This document shows positions 26,186 through 35,657 of a stretch of DNA of 64,000 bases, one piece after another. The translations under genes were made by a program, and so were the position numbers. The stretch spans positions 4,121 to 68,120 of the forward strand of contig CANGHK010000022.1 of the NCBI GenBank assembly GCA_947453625.1. The letters run 5' to 3'. This DNA is from Burkholderiales bacterium (GTDB taxonomy: Bacteria > Pseudomonadota > Gammaproteobacteria > Burkholderiales > Burkholderiaceae_C). The notes under the pieces are model-generated. The model searched no databases. It worked only from the letters and a program-made list of their open reading frames with translations, and was not told where the DNA came from. Each line of letters opens with the position of its first letter. Position 1 is the stretch's first letter.

Positions 26186-27718
26186 ATGGCGGCCATCATG
26201 CCTACTCGCCCACCCAGCGCCGCCGCCCCCCTGGCCGCCATCGACATCGGCTCCAACAGCTTCCGGCTCGAGATAGCGCAGTTGCAACATGGCCGCTACC
26301 GGCGCATCGCCTACCTGAAGGAGACCGTTCGCCTGGGTGGTGGGCTGGACGCCAACGGCTACCTTACCGAGTCCGCCGCCCAGCGCGGGCTGGACTGCTT
26401 GCGCCGGTTTGCCCAGCGCCTGCAGGGCTTCGAAACGCAGCAGGTGCGCGCCGTGGCCACCCAGACCCTGCGCGAGGCGCGCAACCGGGACGCCTTCCTG
26501 GCCCGCGCCGAGGAAGCGCTGGGCCACGCCGTCGAGGTGGTCTCGGGCCGGGAAGAAGCCCGACTGATCTATGCCGGCGTGTCCTTCCTGCAACCGGGTG
26601 CCGCGCCGCGGCTGGTGATCGACATCGGCGGGCGCAGCACCGAGATGATCGTCGGCCAGGGCCGAGTGCCGCGGGTGGTCGAATCGTTCAAGACCGGCAG
26701 CGTCAGCCTGTCGATGCGCTGGTTTCCCGACGGCTTGTTCACCGAGCAGGCCTTCCGCGATGCCCAGGTGGCTGCCGGCGCCGAGTTGGAGGAAGCGCTG
26801 GAGCCCTTCGCGCCTAGCCACTGGCGCGAAGCCCTGGGCTCGTCGGGCACTGCCGGCGCGGTCTCGCAGGTGCTGGCCGCGGCTGGCATCAGCGACGGCA
26901 CCATCACCCCCGAGGGCCTGCGCTGGTGCATCGCGCAATGTCTGGCGGCGGGGTCGGCGGACAATCTGTCGCTGCCCTCGCTGCGCGAAGACCGCAAGGC
27001 CATCATCGGCGGCGGGCTGGCGCTGCTCTACACCCTGGCCACGCATTTCGGCATCACCGCGCTGCGGCCAGCCAAGGGAGCGCTGCGCCAGGGCGTGATC
27101 ATCGACCTGCACGAGCGCCACGCGGCGCGCCGGCAGGCGGGTGGCGGCGACCTGCGGGACCAGACCGTGCTCGCGCTGCAAACGCGCTTCGGCGTCGATC
27201 CCGAGCAGTCGCTGCGGGTGCGCACCGTGGCCACTGCCTTGCTGTGCAGCGCAATGCCCGAACTGGCCGAGGACGACAGCGGCGAGGCGCTGCGCGAACT
27301 GGGCTGGGCCTGCGATCTGCACGAGATCGGCCTGATGGTGTCGCACCATGACCACCACCGCCACAGCGCCTACCTGATGGGCCATGTCGACGCGCCGGGC
27401 TTCTCGCAGAGCCAGCAGCGCCGCATCGGCGATCTGGTGCTGGGCCAGCGTGGCGGCCTGCGCAAGCTCGAGCCACAACTGAGCAGCGAACGCTTCGCCT
27501 GGCAGGTGCTGGCGTTGCGCCTGGCTGTCATCAAGTGCCATGCCCGCGGCGGGGTGGATCTGCAGGCGATGCGCCTGAAGCGTGACGGCCGGCAGGCGCG
27601 GCTGGCACTGCGCGCCGCATGGAGCGCGAGCCACCCGCGCACCCTGCACCTGCTGCGGGAGGAGACCGAGAGCTGGGCCCGCCAGGACATGCCGCGGCTG
27701 GTGCTGGTGAACGCCTGA
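26186..27718 (+). CDS. ppx: exopolyphosphatase (Ppx/GppA family)
   Basis: 'LAAIDIGSNSFRLEIA', 'VIDIGGRSTEMI', 'GSSGTAGAV', and a C-terminal HD-like region 'LHEIGLMVSHHDHHRHSAYL'. Confidence 0.9.
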   Translation: MAAIMPTRPPSAAAPLAAIDIGSNSFRLEIAQLQHGRYRRIAYLKETVRLGGGLDANGYLTESAAQRGLDCLRRFAQRLQGFETQQVRAVATQTLREARNRDAFLARAEEALGHAVEVVSGREEARLIYAGVSFLQPGAAPRLVIDIGGRSTEMIVGQGRVPRVVESFKTGSVSLSMRWFPDGLFTEQAFRDAQVAAGAELEEALEPFAPSHWREALGSSGTAGAVSQVLAAAGISDGTITPEGLRWCIAQCLAAGSADNLSLPSLREDRKAIIGGGLALLYTLATHFGITALRPAKGALRQGVIIDLHERHAARRQAGGGDLRDQTVLALQTRFGVDPEQSLRVRTVATALLCSAMPELAEDDSGEALRELGWACDLHEIGLMVSHHDHHRHSAYLMGHVDAPGFSQSQQRRIGDLVLGQRGGLRKLEPQLSSERFAWQVLALRLAVIKCHARGGVDLQAMRLKRDGRQARLALRAAWSASHPRTLHLLREETESWARQDMPRLVLVNA

Positions 27719-27785
27719 GGGTCGACAGCGCCGCAGCGCTGTGGAGGAAAGGCCCGCCGACTGCACTGCCGGCAGCGGCGGGCTG

Positions 27786-28265
27786 CTACATCCGCTCGGG
27801 CGTGCGCACCGACACCAGCACGATCTCGCTGACGCCGTCGCGCTCACGCTGGCGCAGCCACCACACCGCTCCCTTGCGCACCGCCCAGGGCGGGGCATCC
27901 AGCGTGGCGGGGCCGCCCATCAGATAGGCCGCCAACTGCCCCAGCATCGGCTGGTGGCCTACCATCAGCACCGGCTCGCGGCTGTCGGGCCAGCGCGCCG
28001 CCGCCAGCGCCTGGCTGTGCGAGGCGCCCGGCGCCAGCGCCGCGACGGTGCGCACCTTGCGCCCCAGCGCGTCAGCGGTCTGGCGCGCGCGCAGCGCCGG
28101 GCTGCACAGGATGCGGGTGCTGTCGGGCAGGAAGCCGTTCAGCCAATCGGCCATGCGCCTGGCCTGCTTCTGGCCGCGTGGGCTGAGCGGGCGCTGCAGG
28201 TCGTCGACGCCGTCGCCCTCGACCGGTTCGCCGGCATCGGCATGACGCCAGAGAATCAGGTCCAT
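27786..28265 (-). CDS. sixA: phosphohistidine phosphatase SixA
   Basis: 'MDLILWRHADAG...PLSPRGQKQARRMADWL...LMVGHQP'. Start moved to ATG 28265. Confidence 0.8.
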   Translation of the reverse strand: MDLILWRHADAGEPVEGDGVDDLQRPLSPRGQKQARRMADWLNGFLPDSTRILCSPALRARQTADALGRKVRTVAALAPGASHSQALAAARWPDSREPVLMVGHQPMLGQLAAYLMGGPATLDAPPWAVRKGAVWWLRQRERDGVSEIVLVSVRTPERM

Positions 28266-28291
28266 AGGCTTGCGCTGGCCGGGATAGGCGC

Positions 28292-30421
28292 TCAAGCGCC
28301 GGACATGTAGCGCGCAGCCAGCGCGCCCTGGGCGCTGACGCCGGTCTCGGCCACGCGCTGGTAGTGGCCGTCGCTGGCCAGCACCCAGCTGTCGCGCTGG
28401 TCGCTCAGGTAGGGCACCAGGCATTCATCGATCACGCGCTGGCGCAGGACCGGGTCGCGCACCGGCCAGGCGATCTCGATGCGGCGGAACATGTTGCGGC
28501 CCATCCAGTCGGCCGACGACAGGTACAGGGCCTCGTCGGCCTCGCCCTCGCCCCAGCGGAAGTACATCACCCGGGTGTGCTCCAGAAAGCGCCCGACCAC
28601 CGAGCGCACGCGGATGCGGTCGGTCAGGCCGGCAATGCCCGGCGGCAACATGCAGGCACCGCGAACGATCAGGTCGATGTCGGCGCCGGCCTGGCCCGCC
28701 AGCACAAGGGCATGGATCATCGCCGGCTCGGTCAGGCCGTTGATCTTGACGACGATGCGCGCCGGCAGCCCGGCACGCGCGGCATCGGCCACCTGGCCGA
28801 GATGGGCCACCAGCCGCCGGTGCAGCGCAAACGGCGCGGTCAGCAGGTGGCGCGGCGTGCGCACCTTGGTCAGGCTGGCCAACTGGTGGAACACCGCATC
28901 AGCGTCGGCCGTCAGCAATTCGTCGGCGGTCAGCATGCCGACGTCGGTGTACAGCCGTGCGGTGCCGGGGTTGTAGTTGCCGGTCGACAGGTGGGCGTAG
29001 CGGCGCAACACCACCTTGCCGCGCTGGGTGGTCTCGCGCCGGGTCACCAGCAGCAGCTTGGCGTGGGTCTTGAAGCCGACGATGCCGTAGACCACCTGCG
29101 CACCCACCGCCTCCAGGCGCTCGGCCCAATTGATGTTGGCCTCTTCATCGAAGCGCGCCTTGAGCTCGACCACGACGCAGACATCCTTGCCCCGCCTGGC
29201 GGCCTCGATCAACAACACCATCAACTCCGACTGGCTGCCGGTGCGGTAGACCGTCTGCTTGATCGCCAGCACGGCCGGGTCATGCACCGCCTCGCGCAGG
29301 AATTCGACCACCACGTCGAAGCTCTGGAACGGGTGGTGCAGCAGCACGTCGCCCTGGCGCAGCCGCGCCAGGATGGAACTGCCGCGCGGCAGATCGGCCT
29401 CGGGCCAGCTCGGGGTGCGGGGCGGGAAGCGCAGGGCCGGCGCATCGACCTGGTCGATAAGTTGGTTCAAGCGGACCAGATTGACCGGGCCATTGACGCG
29501 GTAGAGCGCGGCCTGCGGCAGGTCGAACTGGCCGAGCAGCAAGCGCCACAGCGGCTCGGGGCAGCTCGCCACCACCTCGAGCCGGATGGGCTGACCGTAA
29601 TGCCGGGTGGTCAGGCCGCTGCGCATGGCCTGGCGCAGGTTGGTGACGTCGTCCTCGTCGACCTCAAGCTCGGAGTCGCGGGTGACGCGGAACTGCGAGA
29701 ACGACTCCACTGGCCGGCTGCCGAACAAGTCCTCGAGGTGGGCGCGGATCACGCTGGTCAGCAGCACGAAGGCCTGCTGGCCGGGCTCGCACACCGCCGC
29801 CGGCATCTGTATCACCCGCGGCAGCGCGCGCGGCACCTTGACGATCGCAATCGAATTTGCGCGCCCGAAGGCGTCCTTGCCGCCGAGCTTGACGATGAAG
29901 TTGAGCGACTTGTTGGCCACCTGCGGAAACGGGTGCGCCGGGTCCAGCCCCACTGGCAGCAGCAGCGGCAGCACCTGGGTCTCGAAGTAGCGCGCGACCC
30001 AGGCGCGCTGGGCCTTGTCGCGCTCGGCATGGTTGATGATGCCTATGCCCTGCAACTGAAGTGCCGGCATCACCTCGTCGTTGAACAGCGCGTACTTCTC
30101 GTCGATCAGGCCATGCGCCTCGGCCGCCACCTGACGCAACTCGTCGCGCTGCGGATCGTCGTTGCCGGTGGCGCCGCGCATGGCCTCCAGCGCGATGGCG
30201 AAGCGGACCTCGAAGAACTCGTCCATGTTGGACGACACGATGGTGATGTAGCGCAGCCGCTCGAGCAGCGGCACATCGGCGCGTCTGGCCTGCGCCAGCA
30301 CCCGGCGGTTGAAGGCCAGGATCGCCCGCTCGCGGTTGAGCAGCACGGGGAAATCCGCCACCGGCGCGGGCAGCGCGACGGGTAACGGGGCGGTCAACGC
30401 GGACAGGCTTTCTTCACTCAT
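28292..30421 (-). CDS. ppk1: polyphosphate kinase 1
   Basis: 'LLNRERAILAFNRRVLAQA', 'VVELKARFDEEANINWA', 'VVYGIVGFKTHAKLLLV' and 'STGNYNPGTARLYTDVG'. Start moved to ATG 30421 (MSEESL). Confidence 0.95.
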   Translation of the reverse strand: MSEESLSALTAPLPVALPAPVADFPVLLNRERAILAFNRRVLAQARRADVPLLERLRYITIVSSNMDEFFEVRFAIALEAMRGATGNDDPQRDELRQVAAEAHGLIDEKYALFNDEVMPALQLQGIGIINHAERDKAQRAWVARYFETQVLPLLLPVGLDPAHPFPQVANKSLNFIVKLGGKDAFGRANSIAIVKVPRALPRVIQMPAAVCEPGQQAFVLLTSVIRAHLEDLFGSRPVESFSQFRVTRDSELEVDEDDVTNLRQAMRSGLTTRHYGQPIRLEVVASCPEPLWRLLLGQFDLPQAALYRVNGPVNLVRLNQLIDQVDAPALRFPPRTPSWPEADLPRGSSILARLRQGDVLLHHPFQSFDVVVEFLREAVHDPAVLAIKQTVYRTGSQSELMVLLIEAARRGKDVCVVVELKARFDEEANINWAERLEAVGAQVVYGIVGFKTHAKLLLVTRRETTQRGKVVLRRYAHLSTGNYNPGTARLYTDVGMLTADELLTADADAVFHQLASLTKVRTPRHLLTAPFALHRRLVAHLGQVADAARAGLPARIVVKINGLTEPAMIHALVLAGQAGADIDLIVRGACMLPPGIAGLTDRIRVRSVVGRFLEHTRVMYFRWGEGEADEALYLSSADWMGRNMFRRIEIAWPVRDPVLRQRVIDECLVPYLSDQRDSWVLASDGHYQRVAETGVSAQGALAARYMSGA

Positions 30422-30433
30422 CCGACCAAGTTT

Positions 30434-30462
30434 ATGAAGCTTTGACGACATGTCAATGACAA
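30434..30462 (-). promoter_or_regulatory. Pho-box-like triple direct repeat upstream of ppk1
   Basis: The minus strand reads TTGTCAT-tgac-ATGTCGT-caaa-GCTTCAT, i.e. 7-mers at an exact 11-bp period. The first two match the PhoB half-site CTGTCAT at 6/7 and 5/7, and the third at 4/7. The element ends 13 nt before the ppk1 ATG. Confidence 0.3.
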
Positions 30463-30522
30463 GGCCGGGCGCGTGCAAACCCGTCGCTGCGCCGACTCAA
30501 TTCGCCAACCCAGTTCGCCAAC

Positions 30523-33333
30523 TCAATGCGCCTGCTCCCAGTTCGGCCCGACGCCCACCTCGGCCAGCAGTGGCACGCTCCACTGCGCCACCCCGGCCAT
30601 CAGGCGCGGCACCTCGGCGCGCACCCAGTCGAGTTCGCCCTCCGGCACCTCGAACACCAGTTCGTCGTGCACCTGCATCACGATCACGCTGCGTTTGGCC
30701 TCCGCGTCGATTGCGCCCTGCACCGCGATCATCGCCAGCTTGATCAGGTCGGCCGCAGTGCCCTGCATCGGCGCGTTGATGGCCTGGCGCTCGGCGCCGG
30801 CTCGGCGCGGTCCGCTGCCGCCACGGATCTCGGGCAGCTCGATGCGGCGGCCGAACAAGGTCTCGACATAGCCCTTCTCGGCCGCGCTGGCGCGGGTCTC
30901 GTCCATGTAGCGCTTGACCCCGGCAAAGCGGGCAAAGTAACGGTCGATGTAGTCGCGCGCCGCTTTCTGCTCGATGCCTAGCGACTGCGCCAGCCCGAAC
31001 GCGCCCATGCCGTAGATCAGCCCGAAATTGATGGTCTTGGCATAGCGCCGCTGCTCGGTGGTGACGGCATCGACGCTGGTGTTGAAGACCTCGGCGGCAG
31101 TGGCCTTGTGCACGTCCAGACCGGCCGCGAAAGCATGGGTCAGGCCCGGGTCGCCGCTGATATGGGCCATGATGCGCAGCTCGATCTGCGAGTAGTCGGC
31201 CGAGACGATGACCTGGCCCGGCGGCGCAATGAAGGCTTCGCGCACGCGCCGGCCCTCGGCGGTGCGGATGGGGATGTTCTGCAGGTTGGGCTCGCTGCTC
31301 GACAGCCGACCGGTGACGGCCACCGCCTGCGCGTAATGGGTGTGCACCCGGCCGGTGGCCGGGTTGACCATCAGCGGCAGCTTGTCGGTGTAAGTGCCCT
31401 TCAGCTTGGCCAGACTGCGGTATTCCAGCAAGCGCGCCGGTAGCGGGTAGTCGGCGGCCAGTTCGGCCAGCACCTCCTCGTCGGTGCTGGGCGCGCCCGA
31501 GGCGGTCTTCTTCTTGACCGGCAGGCCCAGCTTGACGAACAGGATCTCGCCGATCTGCTTGGGCGAGCCCAGGTTGAAGGGCTGGCCGGCAATCTCATAG
31601 GCCTGCTGCTCGAGCTGCAGCATGCGCTCGGCCAGTTGCTGACTCTGCTGGGCCAGCAAGGCGGAATCGATCAACACGCCGTGGCGCTCTATGCGCTGCA
31701 GCAGCAGGCTGACCGGCATCTCGATGTCGCGGTAGACCCGCAGCAGCCCAGGCACTGCGGCGAGTTGCGGGTACAGCCGCTGATGCACCTGCAGCGTCAT
31801 CTCGCTGTCCTCGCCGCTGTACTGGGTTGCGCGCTCGATGTCGACCTGGCTGAACGGGATCTGGTTGACGCCCTTGCCACACAGCTCTTCGTAACTCAGG
31901 CCCTTGCGGCCGAGGTGGCGATCGGCGAGTTTTTCCAGGCTGTGGCCGAGGTGGGCCTCGAACACATAGCTCTCGAGCATCGTATCGTGCTGCCAACCGC
32001 GCACCGTGATGCCGTGGTTGGCCAGCACATGGGTGTCGTACTTGATGTTCTGGCCCACCTTGGGCGCGCCGGCGTCCTCCAGCCAGGGCCGCAGCGCGTC
32101 CAGCACCTCTTCAAGCGGCAACTGTTCGGGGGCGCCGGGGTAGTCGTGGCGCAGCGGCACATAGGCCGCCTCGCCAGGCTGCACCGCGAACGAGATGCCG
32201 ACGATGCGCGCGCGCATCGGGTCGAGCGAATCGGTCTCGGTGTCGAGCGCCGCCAGCTCGGCCCCGCGCAGCCGCACGATCCAGGCCGCCAGCCGTTCGC
32301 GGTCGAAGACGGTCTCGTAGTGAAGCGTGGACTCGGCCTGCGGCGGATCGGCCGCGTCGAACAGGTCTGGCGCCGCCGAGCGCGCCGGCGTGGCGGATGC
32401 AGCCACCGCGCCCAAGGTCGATTCAAGCTCCTTGCGCCAGGCCCGGAATCCGAAGCGCTGGTAGAAATCGAGCAGACCGACCTCGTCGACCGGCTGCAGC
32501 GCCAGCCCTTCGACGCTGGGCCAGCCCGGCAGGTGGCCGGACAGGTCGCAGTCGGTCACCACCGTGACCAGGCGTCGGCCCTGCGGCAGCCAGTCCAGCG
32601 CACGGCGCAGGTTCTCGCCCACGGCGCCCTTGATGCCGGCGGCCGCGGCGATCACACCGTCCAGCGAGCCATGCTCGGCCAGCCACTTGACGGCGGTCTT
32701 GGGGCCGACCTTCTCGACCCCCGGCACGTTGTCCACCGTGTCGCCCACCAACGTCAGGTAGTCGACGATTTCGGAGGGCGCGACGCCGAACTTGGCTTTC
32801 ACACCCGCCACGTCGAGCCGCTCGTTGCTCATCGTGTTGATCAAGGTGACCCGGTCGTTGACCAGTTGCGCCAGGTCCTTGTCGCCGGTCGAGACGATCA
32901 CCTGGTGGCCGGCGGCCGCACCCACCCGGGCCAGCGTGCCGATCGCGTCGTCGGCTTCGATGCCGGGGACCTCCAGCACCGGCCAGCCCAGCAGCCGCAC
33001 CACCTCGTGGATGGCCGGGATCTGGGCCCGCAAGTCCTCGGGCATGGGCGCGCGCTGGGCTTTGTACTGGTCGTACCAGGCATCGCGGAAGGTCGGGCCA
33101 TGGGCGTCGAAGACGCAGGCCGCGTGGCCGCCCGGGCCGCTGCCCAACTCCTGCTCGCGCAGCCGCTTCATCATCGCCACCATGCCGTGGATCGCGCCGG
33201 TGGGGAATCCGTCCGGGCTGCGCAGGTCGGGCATCGCGTGGTAAGCGCGGTAGAGGTAGCTGGAGCCGTCGACCAGCAGCAGGGTGGGCAAAGTCGGCAG
33301 GGACGGTTCGTTGGGCGTGGCGGATTCACTCAT
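30523..33333 (-). CDS. polA: DNA polymerase I
   Basis: 936 aa from ATG 33333. 5'-nuclease 'LLLVDGSSYLYRAYHAM'. Polymerase motifs 'SADYSQIELRIMAHISGD' and 'QVHDELVFEV'. The 1060-aa track ORF is an N-terminal over-extension. Confidence 0.97.
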   Translation of the reverse strand: MSESATPNEPSLPTLPTLLLVDGSSYLYRAYHAMPDLRSPDGFPTGAIHGMVAMMKRLREQELGSGPGGHAACVFDAHGPTFRDAWYDQYKAQRAPMPEDLRAQIPAIHEVVRLLGWPVLEVPGIEADDAIGTLARVGAAAGHQVIVSTGDKDLAQLVNDRVTLINTMSNERLDVAGVKAKFGVAPSEIVDYLTLVGDTVDNVPGVEKVGPKTAVKWLAEHGSLDGVIAAAAGIKGAVGENLRRALDWLPQGRRLVTVVTDCDLSGHLPGWPSVEGLALQPVDEVGLLDFYQRFGFRAWRKELESTLGAVAASATPARSAAPDLFDAADPPQAESTLHYETVFDRERLAAWIVRLRGAELAALDTETDSLDPMRARIVGISFAVQPGEAAYVPLRHDYPGAPEQLPLEEVLDALRPWLEDAGAPKVGQNIKYDTHVLANHGITVRGWQHDTMLESYVFEAHLGHSLEKLADRHLGRKGLSYEELCGKGVNQIPFSQVDIERATQYSGEDSEMTLQVHQRLYPQLAAVPGLLRVYRDIEMPVSLLLQRIERHGVLIDSALLAQQSQQLAERMLQLEQQAYEIAGQPFNLGSPKQIGEILFVKLGLPVKKKTASGAPSTDEEVLAELAADYPLPARLLEYRSLAKLKGTYTDKLPLMVNPATGRVHTHYAQAVAVTGRLSSSEPNLQNIPIRTAEGRRVREAFIAPPGQVIVSADYSQIELRIMAHISGDPGLTHAFAAGLDVHKATAAEVFNTSVDAVTTEQRRYAKTINFGLIYGMGAFGLAQSLGIEQKAARDYIDRYFARFAGVKRYMDETRASAAEKGYVETLFGRRIELPEIRGGSGPRRAGAERQAINAPMQGTAADLIKLAMIAVQGAIDAEAKRSVIVMQVHDELVFEVPEGELDWVRAEVPRLMAGVAQWSVPLLAEVGVGPNWEQAH

Positions 33334-33423
33334 GGGCGTGATTGTGGTCGCGGTTCGAACCCGCATCCGACTCGATGGGCGGGCCCGGCGCGGGACCACC
33401 CGCCTGCCACCTAGAATCCAGGC

Positions 33424-33720
33424 ATGAAAACCCTTCTCCTGCTGGCTGTGGCCGGGCTGCTGGCTGAGTTGCTGGCCGGCTGCGCCGTCCCTGCCCGCGG
33501 CCCTGGCACGGCCGATGCGGCGGTGCAGCGCCTGGTCAGCGAGGACGACCATGTGCGCATCGATGAGTTGCGGGTGCGCGGCTTGACCCAGCGCCTGACG
33601 GTGCAGAACAAGGACTCGGGCGTGCCAGGCTACGACATCCTGCAAGCCACGCCCGGCCAAGACCCATCCAAAGGCCACGACGCCGCCGGACAGCGGGTTT
33701 GGCAACTGCTCTCGTTCTGA
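33424..33720 (+). CDS. small lipoprotein of unknown function (DUF2782-like by recollection)
   Basis: Signal peptide with lipobox 'LLAGC'; 98 aa. It lies between polA and thrB. Confidence 0.55.
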   Translation: MKTLLLLAVAGLLAELLAGCAVPARGPGTADAAVQRLVSEDDHVRIDELRVRGLTQRLTVQNKDSGVPGYDILQATPGQDPSKGHDAAGQRVWQLLSF

Positions 33721-33728
33721 CCCCCGAC

Positions 33729-34700
33729 ATGGCGGTTTTCACCCCTGTGTCGGCCGAAGAGGCCGCGGCGCTGACGTTGCGGCTGGACGCCGGCAGCTTG
33801 CTGTCGCTCGAAGGGGTGGTCGCCGGCATCGAGAACACCAACTACTTCGTCACCACCGACCAGGGCGCCTGGGTGTTGACGCTGTTCGAGCGCCTGCAAC
33901 CGGCGCAACTGCCCTTCTACCTGGGCCTGATGCAACACCTGGCGCGGCGCGGCCTGCCGGTGCCCGAGCCGCGCGCCGACGCCGATGGTCAGTTGCTGCA
34001 CAGCGTGGCCGGCAAGCCGGCGGCGCTGGTCAACCGCTTCCCCGGCCAGCACCTGCTGGCCCCCGACCTGCACCACTGCGCCCAGCTTGGCGCGGTGCTG
34101 GCCCGCATGCACCTGGCGGTGGCCGATTTCCCGCTGCGCCAGACCAATCTGCGCGGACTGGCCTGGTGGTTGACGATCGCCCCGCAGTTGCAGCCCCACC
34201 TGACCCAGGCGCAGCGCCAGTTGCTGGCGTCGGAGCTGAGCTTCCAGCAACAGGTGGCGGCCTCACCCTCGTACGCGGCGCTGCCGCGCGGCGCGGTGCA
34301 TGCCGACCTGTTCCGCGACAACGTGCTGTTCGACGGCCTGCCCGGCCATGAAAAACTCACCGCCTGCTTCGACTTCTACTTCGCCGGCACCGACCGCTTC
34401 GCCTACGACCTGGCGGTCTGCCTGAACGACTGGTGCCTGGGCGCCGAAGGGTCTTCGCTCGACGAGGCCAGGGCCCAGGCGCTGGTCCAGGCCTACGAGC
34501 GCGAGCGCCCGCTGCTGGGCGCTGAAGTCCGCTTGCTGCCGGCGCTGCTGCGCGCCGCGGCGCTGCGCTTCTGGCTGTCGCGCCTGGGCGACCAGCACCT
34601 GCCGCGCGACGCGGCGCTGCTGAGCCCGAAGAACCCGGGCCATTTCGAGCGAATCCTGCGCGCCCGGATCGCCACGCCCTGGCATCCGCCAGTGGGCTGA
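33729..34700 (+). CDS. thrB: homoserine kinase (APH-fold ThrB type)
   Basis: 'MAVFTPVS...GIENTNYFVTTDQGAWVLTLFE' and 'HADLFRDNVLF'. Start moved to ATG 33729. Confidence 0.85.
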   Translation: MAVFTPVSAEEAAALTLRLDAGSLLSLEGVVAGIENTNYFVTTDQGAWVLTLFERLQPAQLPFYLGLMQHLARRGLPVPEPRADADGQLLHSVAGKPAALVNRFPGQHLLAPDLHHCAQLGAVLARMHLAVADFPLRQTNLRGLAWWLTIAPQLQPHLTQAQRQLLASELSFQQQVAASPSYAALPRGAVHADLFRDNVLFDGLPGHEKLTACFDFYFAGTDRFAYDLAVCLNDWCLGAEGSSLDEARAQALVQAYERERPLLGAEVRLLPALLRAAALRFWLSRLGDQHLPRDAALLSPKNPGHFERILRARIATPWHPPVG

Positions 34701-34750
34701 CGCGGCCCCGGCCGCCCCACCTTCCACCTACTGACCGAACCACGCCTGGC

Positions 34751-35572
34751 ATGGGACTTCGACTTCACACCGTGGCACCGCGCCAGGGCTGGCGCTGGAT
34801 ACGGCAAGGCTTTTCCCTGTGGTGGAAGCGCCCGCTGGCCTTCGTCGGACTGTTCACCGTCTTCCTGTTCTCGGTCCTGCTGATGATGGTGGTGGTGCCG
34901 GTGCTGGGCGGGCCGGCGGGCATGGCCTTGCTGCCCATGCTCAGCCTGGGCTTCATGATCGCCAGCCGCAGTGCCGCGGCCGGCGGGCCGGTGCACGCCC
35001 TGCAACTGGTCGAAGGCCTGCGCCACCCCGACAGGGCCCAGCGCCGGGCCCAGTGGCTGCTGTGCGGGCTGTACGCGCTGGGCTCGATGGCGGTGATCAG
35101 CCTGGCCGACTGGGTGGACGGTGGCCTGTTCGAGGACTTGCAGCGTCTGATCGCCCAGACCAGCGGCGACACCAAGCCTTCGCCCGAGATCGACGCCATC
35201 CTGGCCGACCCCCGGCTGGTGCAGGGCATGCTGGTGCGGATCGGGCTGGCCGGGCTGCTGTCGGTGCCGTTCTGGCATGCCCCTGCGCTGGTGCACTGGG
35301 GTGGCCAGGGCGTGGGCCAGGCCCTGTTCACCAGTTCGCTGGCGCTGTGGCGCACCCGCGGCGCCTTCACGGTCTACCTGCTGGGCTGGTCGGGCGCGAT
35401 GCTGGCGGTGGCACTGGTGGTGACGCTGGTCGGCCTAGCCACCGGCGCGCGCCAGGCCCTGGGGCTGCTGACGATGCCTGTCGGGCTGATTTTTTCGGCC
35501 TCGTTCTACGTCTCGCTGTGGTTCAGCTTCGTGGACACCTTCGGCGAACCCGAGACCGGCAGCGCGCAATGA
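34751..35572 (+). CDS. conserved multi-pass membrane protein, unknown function
   Basis: 273-aa ORF with several hydrophobic segments (e.g. '[24 protein letters not shown]'). Coding-like composition; no recognisable catalytic motif. Confidence 0.6.
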   Translation: MGLRLHTVAPRQGWRWIRQGFSLWWKRPLAFVGLFTVFLFSVLLMMVVVPVLGGPAGMALLPMLSLGFMIASRSAAAGGPVHALQLVEGLRHPDRAQRRAQWLLCGLYALGSMAVISLADWVDGGLFEDLQRLIAQTSGDTKPSPEIDAILADPRLVQGMLVRIGLAGLLSVPFWHAPALVHWGGQGVGQALFTSSLALWRTRGAFTVYLLGWSGAMLAVALVVTLVGLATGARQALGLLTMPVGLIFSASFYVSLWFSFVDTFGEPETGSAQ

Positions 35573-35657
35573 CGCCCGGCATTTCCTCGCCCTATTCCCC
35601 ACCCTATTCCACGCCCCATTTCCCGCGAGCGCGCCGCCAAGCCGCCGCCCACACCCC

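Noticed and set aside
30473-30522. The direct repeat 'TTCGCCAAC' x2 (about 30500-30525) between polA and ppk1 as a regulatory element.
   Set aside because: It consists of only two 9-mers partly overlapping the polA stop region, with no palindromic or known-motif character. It is too weak to support.
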